Assembly: GCA_965202585.1 (NCBI GenBank)
Contig: OZ241827.1
Span: 45,632,001 to 45,696,000 of the forward strand
Reading direction: 5' to 3'
DNA: 64,000 nucleotides
From: Thalia democratica
Lineage: Eukaryota
The stretch's first letter is position 1. Each line of letters starts with the position of its first letter. A program made the translations under genes and the position numbers. Below, piece by piece: positions 49,201 to 63,641 of the stretch. A model generated the notes under the pieces. The model was not told the origin of the DNA. It did not search any database and saw nothing but the letters and a program-made list of their open reading frames with translations.

Positions 49201-52200
49201 CCTCTGAGTGAGTAATTATTTTCATAAGGTTTAAAGAAAGTTTGAGAATCAATAGTAGTTTCATTGTTAATCAGTTTAAAAAAAGTAATTAGATCAAATT
49301 CAAGTCTTCTGTATTCTAAAGTTTTTATATTAAGCTGTGTTAGTCTGTCTATGTAAGACGTATATGAAATATTGCACCGATTAAAGATTAATCTCGTAAA
49401 TTTTCTTTGAATAGATTCTAGTTGGTTGATGTCTTTTATAGAATCTGGAGACCATAAAGGTGTGTTGTATTCCATCTTAGGACGGATGTAAACTAGGTAC
49501 AATTTTTTAAGAATTACCAAATCCGTAGATATAAAGCTTTTAAGAACTTGAAAAGATAAAATTGATGCAGTACGGTAAATATAGTTAATATGATGGTTCC
49601 ATTTTAAATTATCTGAAATAAAAATTCCAAGGTCTTTGAATACCTCAGTTTTAGGTAAGATTGCATTGTTTATTTTAAAATCAAACGTTGGAATAGGTGT
49701 ACTTTTGTGAATATTCAAAACATGACATTTGCTGGGATTTAGGTTTAATCTCCTTTCTTTTAACCAATGGTAGATTTTATCTAAAGATTTTTGTAAAACT
49801 AAGTTAGATTGGCTAAATATTTTTGTGTCGTCTGCAAAAAGCTTAATGTTGCTATTAGAATCAACCTCTAAGGTTATATCATTTATATAGATTATAAATA
49901 ACAGTGGACCTATAACCCCTCCTTGCGGAACTCCACTAAAAATTGGTAAGGATTCTGAGAACGTGTTACCGATAACTACTCTTTGTGTTCTTTCCTGAAG
50001 AAATTCTTTGAACCATTCAACTAGATTTCTATTAATTTTGTATTGAGATAAAGTTTTAATTAACTTAAAATGAGAGACAGAGTCAAACGCTTTCTGAATG
50101 TCTGTATAAATTACATTGATAGATTTATTGGTAAAAAAAGATACTAACCATGAATGAAGGCAATCCAATAATTGAATACATGAAGTTCGTTTAGGAAGAA
50201 AACCAAATTGTTTCGGAGAAATAAGATTATTTAAGAAAAGATGATTAAGTATTTTTAAGGAAATTATATGTTCAAAAGATCTGCAAAAGCTACTAGTTAG
50301 TGAAATTGGTCTATAGTTTAATGGATTATTTTTGTTTCCTTTTTTGAATATTGGTATAATATAAGATATTTTCCATTGCCTTGGTATGAAAGATGTCGCT
50401 AAAGAGCAATTAAAAATTAAATTAAATTAAAAGAGCAAAAAAAAAAAATTTGAAATAGCCTAAGCTGCTTTTTTGTTATTTTAAACTCATTACTTTTTAC
50501 AACTAGTAATAAAATAAAGTAAAGATGTGTATAACTTTATTCACAGATAAAGAATTGGTATAATAATATCATGCCAATTATTGAGAAAAAATTTTCGAAA
50601 CCAGCAGAAAATTCTGACTCACTTCGGAGCCAGATAAAAGAGTTTGATATCTCTTATTTACAAGTTACAGTAAGTTATTTTTCAATATTTGATAACCTAA
50701 AAAAAAATTCTATACCATACTTTACTTTATTAAAATAAAAGCTTTAGTCTGCTTTACTAAGAATGAATCATTTTTAATCAAAAAAAAAAAAACAGAATAA
50801 TAAACTGCATTAAATTCCAATTTTTTGTTGTTTGTATAATAATTTTAAACAATTTGCAAAAAAAATTAAAAGTCAATAAAGCTACTTTTTTTTCATAATT
50901 GTAATGAAATATTGATTTTTTGTTTTTAAGACGTCTTTATTGTCTTTATTTTTTAATTTATATTGAAATTAGTTTTATTAATGCTGACTACTTATAGAAA
51001 GTATCAATTAGTTAGATTTGCATAAAAATCACTAACTCAACATTGAAAATCACTAACTATTTAATTTGAATTAAAAAATCAGAACAAAAAAAATCATTAC
51101 AAGATTTTATCTTAAATATCGTTTATAAAACACTAAAAAAAATAAGTTTTTACAAAAAAAATATTGTTTGGTTTTATGTTACTATTGATAAAAGATTTTT
51201 ATTTTCGAAACAACAATATGATATGTTTTTCTATAACACTTTATAGTTTCGGTCTATATTCTTACTTTTTTTATTGTTAAGTTTTAAAACTTAATTTACA
51301 GCTTTGTTTAGTTCATGGTTTCCAAAAATCATTTTAATAAACACCCCCTTGGCACAAATCTATAAAATAAACGCTCTCGTTCCTTAAATGTTGCCTTTTC
51401 ACTAGCTAATTTCCAATTTACTTGTTCACCACCTCAATACTTTTTCTCTGATAGCCTAAAAGTACCCCTAAAGGAACGATAGTGCCTGCTTTGGGAAACT
51501 AAGCTTAATTGAGCTGCGATATTTGCCTTATTAGTTTTGCAATCTTAACAGTTTTTGTTTAACTCTTAATCAAAACAACTACACAACTACTTGATATTTT
51601 TACACATACTACTTATTTACACTTTTATAAACATACGTGTTTAATGTGTTTAATTTGACGTGGAGTTTCTTAAAGTTTGCTATAACATAAATTTAAAAAA
51701 ATAAAACATCCTTAACAAGACCTACATTAATAGCTTTTTTTCAGGTATTAAATATACTAAAGCACAGTAGAAATTATTATTACTTAATTGCAGTTATTTT
51801 AGGTCTTAAACAATTGTTTAGCTGTAAGTATCGCAGGTTAATTTCTTTCCGCAAGTTGGAACTAACAAGCAGATAAAATCCGTTTAATAGCCGTACAACT
51901 CTTATAAACTTCTATCTACTCTAGAAAAGCTTTTAACCTTTATATTTATCATGATAAAAAACTTTAACTTTTTAATTCTATTTTATTAAATTTATATATA
52001 TAGTGTGAGAGTACAAGTACATAAGCCTTTTGTCTACTGATTTACTATGAGTTACTAACAAAATCAAACAAGGAGAATACAATGCCGTAGGTCAAAAAAA
52101 AACAAGGTATTTAGTTTAATAACAATACAAAAAAACTTAATATGTAATACTACTAAAACTTAAAAGTAAAGATGAGGATGAAAGCTCTTTAAAGTAAAAC

Positions 52201-55200
52201 TATTTTATTAAAGTTATAGTTTGCAATTTTGAACCTTTTAAGCATTAAACAGGCTTATCGTTAACAAGCCCTACACTTAGTAAGTCCTGCATGCGCAAGT
52301 TTTTTTAAACTTATCAAGTTGATATATATATATATATACCGTTTTTAGAAAAAAAACAGTGGTGTAAATTTTGTTTAACGTAAACTAATATCTTAAAAGT
52401 TCGAACATTTTTTGCATTTAATTACAGTAATGCCTGCTTTGTTGTTATACTAATAGATTAATTCTTTAATTTAAACGTCTTCTCAATTGTAGTTTAATAA
52501 GTGCTTATGTGTTAAAGAACTTTACTTTTAGTAGTTACATTATTCTGGAAAAAAATATGTAAAGTGTAGAAGAACTTCTGTTGTTTAGAGCTTCTAACAA
52601 GATAAAACATGTTCTAATAACTTTTCAACTAACAAATATTTATACATGTTAACAATATAAGATTGGTAAATTCTCACATAGTCTCAAAGAATATATTTTT
52701 TTTTGTGTTAATAAGTACTTTCTAAACAGAAATAGTATGGTATTTGATAAGTAGCTTCATATAAATTCAATTAGAATAATTCATAATTACTTCGACTAGC
52801 TTTAACTGCAGAAGCTTTTTTAGGGTAAAAGTTAGTCGAAGTAATTATGAATTTTTCTAATTGAAATTACATGAAGCTACTTATCAAATACCATACTATT
52901 TCTATTAAGAAAGTACTTATTAACACAACAAACATATTCTTTGAGACTATGTAAGAATTTAATAATTTTATACTTTATTTTTGCCTGTACTATAAGACTT
53001 GTTCTAAACTTAATTAGACTTTTGTCCTTTGAGTAAACTATAAAATTTAAATAGCTGCTACACGATCGAGGTTTTTAACATCTTCAAACAAAATGCTGGT
53101 AAAAAAAACGTCGAAAAATATGTTATTTTTAATCAAAAAAATATTTATCGTAAAATTTGCTTTGTTTCTTAATTCTAAAGTTGTATAACAAATTACTGGA
53201 ATATAAATTTTTAACTTGACAAGGTCGTAATTTTTTTGCCACCGAAACCTGATAGTGAATAAAATAACCAACTTGCACTTGTATTACTATCTAATTTTAA
53301 AGTTTCTAAATTTAATAACTATAAATCTATAAAAAAAAAGTTTTGATAAGTTATATGTTAGTAAAAATCTAAGTATGTGCAAATGTAAAATGATTAGCGG
53401 ATAGAAAAAAGAAGCATATATAAAATTAACTTACTTGTTAAATAATATCCTTGAAATCAACGAATAATATTTTTTATATTCAAAACATTACAAATAAACA
53501 TTAAATGTTAAGATCAAATTGACACTATATAAATTAAAGGATACATACAGTGTCCGTGATTAGCACAAGCTTTATCACCTTTGTTGTATCTTTAATGCTA
53601 GATCAAAGCTTTATAGCCGCCAGCATTTCTTTGTGACGTGATGTACAGTAAAAATACGTTTTTATGCATGTTCTTTTGTAATTAAATTTAAAGTTCTTTT
53701 CAAGCTTAACAATCAACCTTGTATGTTTCTTATTACAAAAAGTTTTTTTCTTTATTCGGTTTTATACTTATCAATCCCGATTAAATTACTTTTAAACGAA
53801 AAATCTTGTTCACTTATAATAAGTAAATCACTTTCATAAAAACACTGAACTGTACATTTTTGTAATGATATAATTTTACAAAATTAAAGTTAATACGCGA
53901 AACCAACTGATAAAGAAAATTGTCTGAGATTGAATAATACTTTTTCGAAAATTTTACTTCCAATTACATAGCTTTCTCCCTTTATTTCAAGTACTTAAAT
54001 TATACACAACTAGAAAAATTATGTTTTTAAGTTATAACAACAAATTAAAGTAATTCATACCTATAGTTTAGTCAGTGCCAATTCTTTTAAAATTAGAAAC
54101 TGTCAAAGTTTAATTTTTATATTATTTTTAATTCCATGTATCTAACTAAAACTCGCTGATCTTGCGTGAGAGGCAGCAGTTTTTAATCTTAAAGTAAATA
54201 AACTTTAGTGAACTAGTTTTGACATTTAAAATTGATTATTTGGCTAGGGAAAAAAGAAGTCACAATTTCTACTCCCTCTATTGTTTGTCAAGTTGTAAAA
54301 CTGAATTTTTTAGCGGCTTACTTCGATAATTGTTCAAGTAAATTTATATGTGTATATTGAAACACATTAAAAAAGCATAATTTATGTTTGTAGTAGAATT
54401 ATTATAGAAAAGAGAGTCTTATTAACTGTAGTTGTTTTAGATAAAAATAGTTATCTTTTTTTTTTGCTTCTTAGAGTTGTACAATCATTTGTTTTCAAAG
54501 TTAAAAAAGTTTTACACGGAATTTTATAATAGATTTTATATTGCGCAGAATAATTTACAAGTTTTTAAGCTGTTAGGTAAAAGCCTTAGGCTGTATAAAT
54601 AAAAATGTTTTCAGTTTAATGTAAACAACATTCACTTTAAGTAAAATTAAAAGGCAATACTCTGTACTGTAGTTTTTCTTATCATAACTGTATGCTAAAA
54701 AATAAAAGCTTAATTTAGTATGATTCATGCTTTAAAACGACGTAAACTTTGAAATAATAATGTCTGGTGGACACCAAGTAGTTGAAATTAACTTCTTATG
54801 TAGTCATAGATGCTATTTGTTCTAAATAATTTGTCATCTAAACTTTAATTCAAAAACTGTTAATAATAACGTAAATTTAAGTGTTCAAATAAAAACGCTG
54901 TACAACAAACTAGGTAGATAGAAAAAATAAATTAATATTTAAAACTTTTAAAGGCTGCTCGTAATAAATTTCATTAAGACTTTTTGAAAAAAATAAAATT
55001 ATTTCTATTTAAAGAAACATACACAACATTAAAGATTAATCTGTTTTCTTTATATTTATGTTTAAGTTCAATTTATACAAGAGGTTATTTTCTATATAGA
55101 AAATGTTAAACTGCGAACTGTTTATCTTATACTTGCATAACAATATATTTAATTGACTACAATGTCTATAGAAGTGAAAGCAACAGTAAAAGTTGCTTGT

Positions 55201-58200
55201 AAGTGCTGTAGACTTTCTTAGCTGTGCAGTTTACTTGTAAGACACTCTGACAACTTAAATAAAATATTTATGGAAACTGTCTGCATAAGTATCAAGAACT
55301 TGATTAGAGAGAAACTTGTCATCAATTTTTTATTAGTGTAAAATTTAAAGTTAGTTAGATTAAAAGAATAAAGTTTAGTTAGTCTGTTTGTGAGAAAAAC
55401 ATTTAGCTAAGTAATTAATAAACAGCAGCTTTTTGGAAACTTAATTGTAACAGACAATATTTATAACTTTAAATCTTCAATCTTTAGATATCGAACATAA
55501 TTCATAGCAAAAGTTTTTATCTGATGTTTATTAACGTTAGTTTGTAGATACCTTAGTTTAAATTTTAACTTAACTTAAAAATAACTAATACCTTTATTTT
55601 TTAGATTAAAAAAACAATGCAGTTGGTAGAGCTGTACAAAACTTGTTTTGTACAAATGATCTATGTTTTTTTGTGTTACTTTTAGTTTTATTTTTAAGTA
55701 AAATATACTTTTTATTGACTAAAATTGTATATACTTTGTTAAAGTTTATTTTAATTTAGTTTTTACTTATATTACACCTTCGAACCAAGTTAGGTTTTTT
55801 ATGCTGCTTGAAAAATGGAAATTAAACAACAATAACAATTTTTTAAGTTGAAAACTTAGTTACTATAGTATATTTTGAAAACCTTTTACAATGTTGAATA
55901 AGTATTATACATCTTTTCATTATCTTTTTTTTTTACACAAATTTAAAAATGTTTGCTGTGTTCATTATACTTAATCTTTTTGTTTGATAGCTTAAATGAA
56001 AAAAAAATTGCTAATCCAATACCTTTTTTCGAAATTTCCTATTGAAAGTTTGATTTACAAAAAAGGTTTTTCAAAGAGTTATACAAAAATTTCTAGTTAA
56101 ATTTTTCCTACGAATCAAACTAAGCTTGTAAGTATTAATGTTAAGAAAATTAGAGACAAACAAGTGTTTAATTTAAACTTTATAAATGTATCTCTATAGT
56201 TTAGTTTATTAAAACGACTTAATATAGTTTTGCTTTGAAATTTACGTAATCAATTAAAAAGCGACATCTTGTTTATAAACAGTTACTTTAAAGTTTACGT
56301 TTTTTTTTTTTAACTTAATTTTTTCTGATCAATATTTTTAAGTTTTATCTTTATTTAATATGCCTTTTTAGATTAGTTTTATTTATTTTAATTTGTTCCA
56401 AAGATTGATTTAACTTATATATTTGAAAACAATACCTTATACCTTTTAATACGGTTGATTGCGCACAACAAATACTTTTTCTCAGCGAAAAATCACAAAC
56501 AGTGAATAATGAAAGAAGAGCTGCGTGCCATAGCATAAGCGAAACGCTCAAGTGCAAAAGCCTACATTTAAAAGCTGCCTTCCTGTTTGACTAAAAAATT
56601 GTTGGCGGCAACTTTTTTTTATTGTTTTTAGAAAACGTAAATTTATTTTATTCTTTCTAAAACTTAGCTAAAAAGGTTTTTATTTTAGAAAGTCATTTAA
56701 ATATGTTAAAAACTTTAAACAGACTATTGTTTGTCTTAGATATTTATTAGAAAAATGTTATTACATTTTTTTAAGTATTTAAAGAGGTAAACAAACAGTT
56801 TCTCTCACTTAAACAATGATTGCATTTTTTGGTGAGTAAAAATAAATAGGCAAGAATGAGAAAAATGTATTTTACTATCAGTTTGTAAATTTTTGAACTA
56901 TAATTTAGTTCAAGTTTGTTTTTTATAACTAACAATAGTTTTTACTTAGAGCTATTTTTATAAAACACAACATAGAAGATAAAGTTTTGTAACTTTTTTT
57001 TGTTTAACGATATATTTGTTTTACTATTGTTTTGTTTCTTATTTACGTACACAACAAAAAGCAGTTGTTTTTTTAGTTTCATACATTACGTTTAGAACAA
57101 AACAGTAATTGGAAGTTTTTAAACTTTTTCAAAATATAATTTTTTAACGTTAGTACTTGTTTCACATTATAAGATACTGTGTTTAACATTTTTTTCACTA
57201 CTTAAAGAAAGTTAAAAAACCCACCTTCTCGTTTAAACTGTAAAAAAATACCTACTAATAATAGTAGTATCCACAAGTTTTATATAAGGTACTCAATATT
57301 AGTTTGATGCATACTTTAGAAACTTACTGTGTATAAATGTTTTTTTACGAACTAGTGCAACTGTTATGAATTGTGTTTACAATCCAAAATAAATCGTAAC
57401 TAATCGCAACTTGTGCGAGAGCCACTCGACAACTGACAAGTTGTTCTTTTTTATGACGTCATTATCCAGATTATCTTGTTGCAAATTTATCACTGAAGTG
57501 ACGTGATTGTGTGTGGTATAGATTTTAGTACCTTTCTGTTGATTTTATTTTAATCTCTTATAATAGCCAGTATTTTTAAGGAAATTATATTAAATGTTAA
57601 TAAAAGTTTGCTTCTTGATTTAAAAACAAGAATTATTAAACCTGTAATATTTTTTTAAATATACACAACAATTTATCTTTTAAATGTAACTTTTTTCTTT
57701 GTTAATAACAAACAAAAATTGTTAATAAGAATATAGTCTGAACCAGATGTTCCAAAATTTAGCGACTAAATTGCCCAATTTTCACGTTAAAAAGTAATAT
57801 TTTCCCTTCTGAACGAATGTACTTTTAGAGAAATATTTTTAATTTTTGAATGTTGTAAAAATATTCTACTATGGTTTTCAATAGTAAAAATGTACTTTAA
57901 TACATAGTTCAAACACATTGGTCAATGTAAAACAGACTAATTATAAATTATCAAATTTTTTTAATTATTAGGACTTTTCTACTTTTTATTAATTTGCATG
58001 AGAGCTTTTATTGCTCAACTAATTTTTTCAAGAAAAACAACTACAATTTAAATTATCAAATTAATTACAGAACTTATCTATTTAAAAAGGTTTAGAGCAG
58101 TACTGCAACTAAATGTTTAATTTAATTGAAGTTTTAAGAAAAGTCATTGCTCTAAATATGCAATTAAGACTAGTTGTTTATTCGGTTACAGCATGAGCTT

Positions 58201-61200
58201 ATATTTTGAGTAAAAAAAAACACTCAATTTTTTTCCTTAGCTATTGCAAGCTTTGTAAACTTTACCCCAGGAAAAAGTATCAAGTATTAAACTAAGCATT
58301 TTACAAAACTAATGCCAAAATAATTACCCTGCTAACTTAAATTTCGTCTCCTATCGTTTCTGTTTACTATTTCCGAACTGTTCGACTAAAACCGCCTAAA
58401 AGGGGCGATATCGCTAACTTTTGAAATCCTGGTCTAAACTGATTAAAATTTTACTAAAACTAGTATCAAGAAGACGTTGTGTTGAAATAATTTAGTTGTA
58501 TCAACTTTTTTCGACTGACCCACAAACTGAAGCTCCAGGACAAAAGTATCTAGACCTTATTATCTAAAAGTATCTAGACCTATTTAGACTTATGACAGTT
58601 TATCGTGACTATGTCTGCCTGGTAAATCATAATGAGAACGCAACAAGTTGCAGAATGTCGTTTGGACTGTTTTAGTTTCTTTTAGTTATTTTTCCTAAAA
58701 GTCAGTACTTTTTGCTATCAGGGGACAACAACAAGTGAGGGGTAAAAAGTAAATGAGTAATTGACTAAAAAATAGGCCGATTCCTTCTCTATATTTCTGT
58801 CAAGTCGGCAGTTTGAAATTTAATCTTGAAAACATTGATTTAGTTCTAGAAAAAACTTTAGACACTGTAGTAAAAAGTTACAAGTGTCAACAAAACATTT
58901 TAGTATAATTATGTAACATTTTTAATGCTTATTTTTTTAAGTGACAATGTTAATTGATACAGAAACAGCTGTCTAAAAGTAAAGAAATTGTAAAAGAAGC
59001 AGAAGAATACGACAAGCTTGGTTACATCACAGTAGAATTGTCGAAAGTACAAAGTTTGGAACGTGTCATCTCAAAGTTAATGGTTGTTATGGATCAGAGA
59101 AAAAATGAAGTTGACGCGGCAGCAGAAATGTACAGATTTGTTGATCAGGTGAAGTTTTAAATAAAGTAACTTATAATTTATATAGTTTTTAAATGTTACT
59201 ATATGCCACTTAATGGCTTGAATAGTACGTAAGAAAAGTTCAAACTCAAAGAAACGTTATATTCAATATTTAGTATTTATAAGATTTTTAAGCAGTGATA
59301 GTATATAATTAATACTGAAGTTATTGATTTAATATAAAATTAAAAACAACTTTTGTTTTATAATAAAAGAAAACTGTCATTTTGTAAATTTACTTGTATT
59401 TTTTAGAACAAATATTTTCAAATCAAAAATATAAAAACGTGTGAACACTTATATAAAACAATTATTAAAACATTTATTTTATGGTGACAAAACCAACCAA
59501 TAAAATAATCGTACTGCGTAGATATTAAGTTAGTATAAAATTAACAACTCTTAGCAGGTTTAAGCTAAAAATACAGCACTAGTAGTTAGTGTAAATTTCT
59601 CAATTGTTTTGTTAGCAAATAACTTTAACGATCTTGTTTAAAAAAAAGTTTAAATTAATATTGTTTTATAAATATGCTTTGTACCTATTACTAATTATGG
59701 TTAAACAGATTTTAAAAAGCTTTCATGATAATAAAAACATGATCAAGAAAAATAAATCTGAAACATATTGATAAACTTACTTTTTTATGCTTCTTAAACT
59801 ATGAAAATGAGTTATAGTATTAATAAATATTAGTTGGACGTTAATTTTTTATTTGAAACGTACAGCATAAAGATCACTCAAGATTTGTTGTAAGGGTATA
59901 TTTTTCACATGTTTTTTTTTCTGACAGACCTATTTCTAAACTTTAATAAGATCTTTAAACCCGAAGTACTTAATTATAACACAAAACTATGACAACTATA
60001 ATATGTTTTGATTTGCTCAGTTTCACATGAAAAATAACACATGTTACTTCATGGTTGCAGGCGTATTCATGGGCACTTAATGGCATGAAGTTTGTAGTAA
60101 TGTTGAGTGTTGATGAGTGTGTCAACATTGATAAGTGCCAAGAAATGATCAACAAGTTTGATAATTACATGACACAACATCCCCCCATAACCGAAGTACG
60201 TTTTGTTATTAAAAAAAGGTTATAAGTCAAACTTTAAAGCTAAAGTTAAACGCTAGAGCCTAAAAATACCAACAAAATCTTATTTTATTTTTAATTATAA
60301 CAAGTGAGCACATAACACTTTTTTTATTGAAAATCTCTTATTAAATTTTTTTTGATAAATAGCTCATAAAAACTAAATAGATATTCTTATAAAACATAAT
60401 GATAAACTTTTTGTTAGGAAACTTTTAAGGAAATATTCACACTAGCTCGTCGCTACGGAAACAGAAATTGTATTCGGCAATGTGATTTCGCAGAACAGAA
60501 ATGCAAAGAAACACTGGAGCTGTTCAAGAAAAGAAGAGAACTGCTCGTAAAGGTAATGCTTAGTAAAAACATTATCTATACTAATATAACTTTACTTTTT
60601 TTTTTCTTCTACAGTTTTCAAAATTTTTATATTATTTAATGAGCGAAATCTTGACTTAACGGTTTGTCTGATATAGTTATTTTGTTTTTCAATGATCTTT
60701 TTTTTTGTCAGGCAAAACTGCAGCTTGTAAAGGCCAAAAAGCGAAGTCTGTCGTCTTCATTCAGAATGCGGAACCGAGACAGCTTGGATGCAAAAAGTAA
60801 AATAAGCTCTCCAAGTCTTAAACCGCAGGAACACGAAACAACAAAAGAAGAAAAAGAAAAGAACACATCAGCAACCATATCTCCTCCAAAAATAAAACCG
60901 ATGCTCCTCACTGAGGCAGGAAGGCGGAGGATCAGCATGCAGTCCGTGGAGAGCAAAAACTCATCGACCAGCGAAGACACCTCATCAGCAGGCGACTTGT
61001 CTGCGAACGGAACGCTGCGGTCGATGCGCGGGATTGAAAAAAAGCCAGAGTTTTGCTATGGGGGATTCCGCAACAGCTCTCTGCGCAAGTCGCAAAGCAT
61101 GAAGCTGTCGAAGAAGCCGGCCTTCGTCGCCAACAACCTGAACGCGAACCGGGCGTCTCAGGCGAACAGAAGGAGCATCGGGTCCATCGGAGTTTTGGTC

Positions 61201-63641
61201 AAATCGCCGCTTCACTCGCCGTCGGGTTCGTTGGATCATCGGCCTCCCATAGCGTCTTCGAACTCCTTCGCCAGATTGGAAAAAGCCCCGTCGTCAGAGC
61301 TGGATCAGGACGACGACCAAGAAAATGAAGCGTGAGTAAAATAAAATTTAGGATAAAATCTTTGTAAACTTTATAACTCTAATATTTCCGTGTTGCAGTA
61401 AAGTGAAATTAACAATCGACGAGCTAATAAGCACAGAAAAGGACTACGTCAAGTCGCTTAATTACGTCATTCAGGTATTAACGGTTTTATTTTGACTAAA
61501 GATTAAAATACACTGACTTTTTTTTAGTTATACTTTTTTATAGAAGTATATTATTTTAAAATGTATATTTGTTTCTTCTTAAATACTAAAAAACTCAAAT
61601 AAAGTTTTAAAAGTAATTTAGTGTTAGTAAACTTTTTAACTTAAGTACTTCAGAGAAAAGTTACTAATCAACAATAAGTTAACTTCCGCATTTAAAAATG
61701 CATATACTTTTTAACTTTCTTTACATTCAATCGTACTTACATAGTTTAATGACAAAACATACTAATACTTATTTTTTAAACTGCTGCAGAACTATGTACC
61801 GGAAATGAGTCGGTTAGATTTACCGCACGCCTTGAGGTGCAAAAGAAATGTTATATTCGGAAATTTAGAAAATATCGCCGAGTTTCATTCCAACCGTTTT
61901 CTTCAGCAGTTGCAGGAGTGCAAAGATAAACCACAATCGGTTGCCAAAGTATTTAAAAACCATGTTAGTTCTAAAACAAACTTTTGCAGCACTTATTTAT
62001 GAACACTTATTTATGAACTTATTTTTAATCCTAAATACTTGTAGTTCTGTAAAGCTCTTTATTATCTATTGCTTGTTTTTTTATATCCAACAGGTTTTGT
62101 GATTTAGTAATAAAGTGGTTGTATAGAAATAAAGTTAACTTTATCTTTTCTTTCTTCTTTTAAAATTTACGTAAACTTGCGTTTTTTTCAATTAAAATAC
62201 CTTATTGCTTATTAATTGTTTAGCTGAAAAAGTTAAAAGCTAATCATACAAAAATTGTTTCTTACATTTTATCTTTTAAAATACTTTGTACAGAAAGACA
62301 GCTTCAGTTTATACGCACTGTACAGTAAAAACAAACCACAATCGGACTTGTTGCTAGCTGAGCATGGTAATGAGTTTTTTAAATCAAAACAAATTGAACT
62401 GGGTGACAAAATGAATCTTGCTTCATACCTGCTCAAACCAGTTCAACGAATGGGTTAGGTTCAAATTTGAACACTTTTATCTTTTTGATTTTTTAACATA
62501 CTGCATGTACGTAATAATAAATTTTTACAGTCTTTTTTCTTAAAAAGAACCATATACAAGTTATTTTTTTTTAACAGCAAGTATTTAGTTTCAGTTTAAA
62601 GCTCAAACTTTGAGTCTAAATACATAAACAAAGTATTACGATCTACCTATCTCAAACAATTTATTCTTTTACATTTTTTGCCACTAATAAAGAAAAGCTT
62701 AATTAAGATTTAGTTTATAACTTTGTATAACTTTTGTTTTTTTATAACTTCAATCTTTGTTCTAAGCTATTAATAACAACTTAACATTGTTTTGTCTACA
62801 TGGATTACTAAAAAAAGTACTAATTAATTTTTAACAAAAAGTTTTGATCAATAAATACTTGGACCATAAGATCACAACCTTTTTGTAAACTGATACCAAT
62901 TTGTGTTCTTATTGTAACTTACTTATCAGTCGTAACTGAAGAAACTTGTGTAAACGATTTACAAAAACTATCTATTTTTTACTATGAAGCTACCGTTTGT
63001 TGCTATGATAAGCAACATCATCTTGTCTAATCACTGTTCAACGTATAACACATTGTCCACTAGTAGGATTGCCGTATGCTCGATTGTATGTCATGAGACA
63101 ATACTCAAAGTTCACTTGTAATATTTATTTTAATCAATTATGACTTGTTGTTAAAACAAACTTTTAGCATTGTCTTTAGCAAATAAAAGTCCTGAAATAT
63201 AAGTTTCTGCTGTGAAGACTAATGACAAATTTCTCTTGATTTTATCACCAATTGGCATGCAGCAGCTGTTTTGTGAGCGGACAATGTGTTATACGATGCA
63301 CGGTAATCTAACATAATGATGTCATTTATCATACCTGAAATCAGTATCTTACCAGTAAAATACAAAAACTTTTATGGTATACAATTTTATTCGGCCCAGA
63401 AATTTACAGCTGCTTTTTCTTAAACGATGATAAGGTATATACATAAAATTTATTTTTAGCAAAATACGCATTGTTGCTTCATCGTATGGCAAAGCGTTCT
63501 CATGGTGACACTGAAAAATACCTCAAGGAAGCAGAAAGTTTAGTGAAATTTCAGCTGAGGCACGGCAACGATCTGCTGACGATGGACTCCATTCGCGGTT
63601 GTGATGTTAATTTAAAAGAACAAGGAAATTTATTGCGACAA
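34282..63641 (+). CDS. PLEKHG4: Puratrophin-1/PLEKHG4-family Rho guanine nucleotide exchange factor (Sec14-like, spectrin repeats, DH; PH continues beyond window), 3'-partial
   Basis: Exons 34282-34843, 35653-35796, 37619-37730, 38456-38555, 42271-42381, 42830-42946, 43758-43993, 45373-45481, 50547-50669, 58963-59148, 60061-60195, 60418-60552, 60712-61331, 61399-61474, 61790-61963, 62294-62453 and 63460-63641 join in frame. Family motifs: LLHSGIAILSGTLDRRGR, LTSLEELHLFV, IDELISTEKDYVKSL, NVIFGNLENIAEFH, LASYLLKPVQRM, RHGNDLLTMDSIRGCDVNLKEQGNLLRQ. Paralog assignment (PLEKHG4, PLEKHG4B or ARHGEF40) cannot be resolved by eye. Extra exons in the 8 kb intron are possible. Confidence 0.88.
48442..50420 (-). 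mobile_element. 5'-truncated CR1-type non-LTR retrotransposon in RhoGEF intron 8
   Basis: An open RT frame runs from about 50420 to the stop at 49008 (IFNCSL, NYRPISLTS, YTDIQKAFDSV, GVPQGGVIGPLLFIIYINDI, FADDTKIF, KDLGIF, FFYRSVKMWNKLP). It is followed by a ~550 bp 3' UTR, a stem-loop at 48482-48506, AATAAA and a (TAA)n tail near 48445-48462. Confidence 0.92.
52667..52961. mobile_element. Foldback MITE with ~135-bp arms
   Basis: Arms of about 52667-52803 and 52828-52961 are near-perfect reverse complements around a ~24-nt spacer. Confidence 0.85.
63004..63333. mobile_element. Older MITE with ~57-bp imperfect terminal inverted repeats
   Basis: TATGATAAGCAACATC...GTATAACACATTGTCC at the left end pairs with GGACAATGTGTTATAC...GATGTCATTTATCATA at the right end. 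Confidence 0.6.

Noticed and set aside
60708-61328. Antisense and alternate-frame ORFs in RhoGEF exon 13
   Set aside because: Same shadow-ORF effect.
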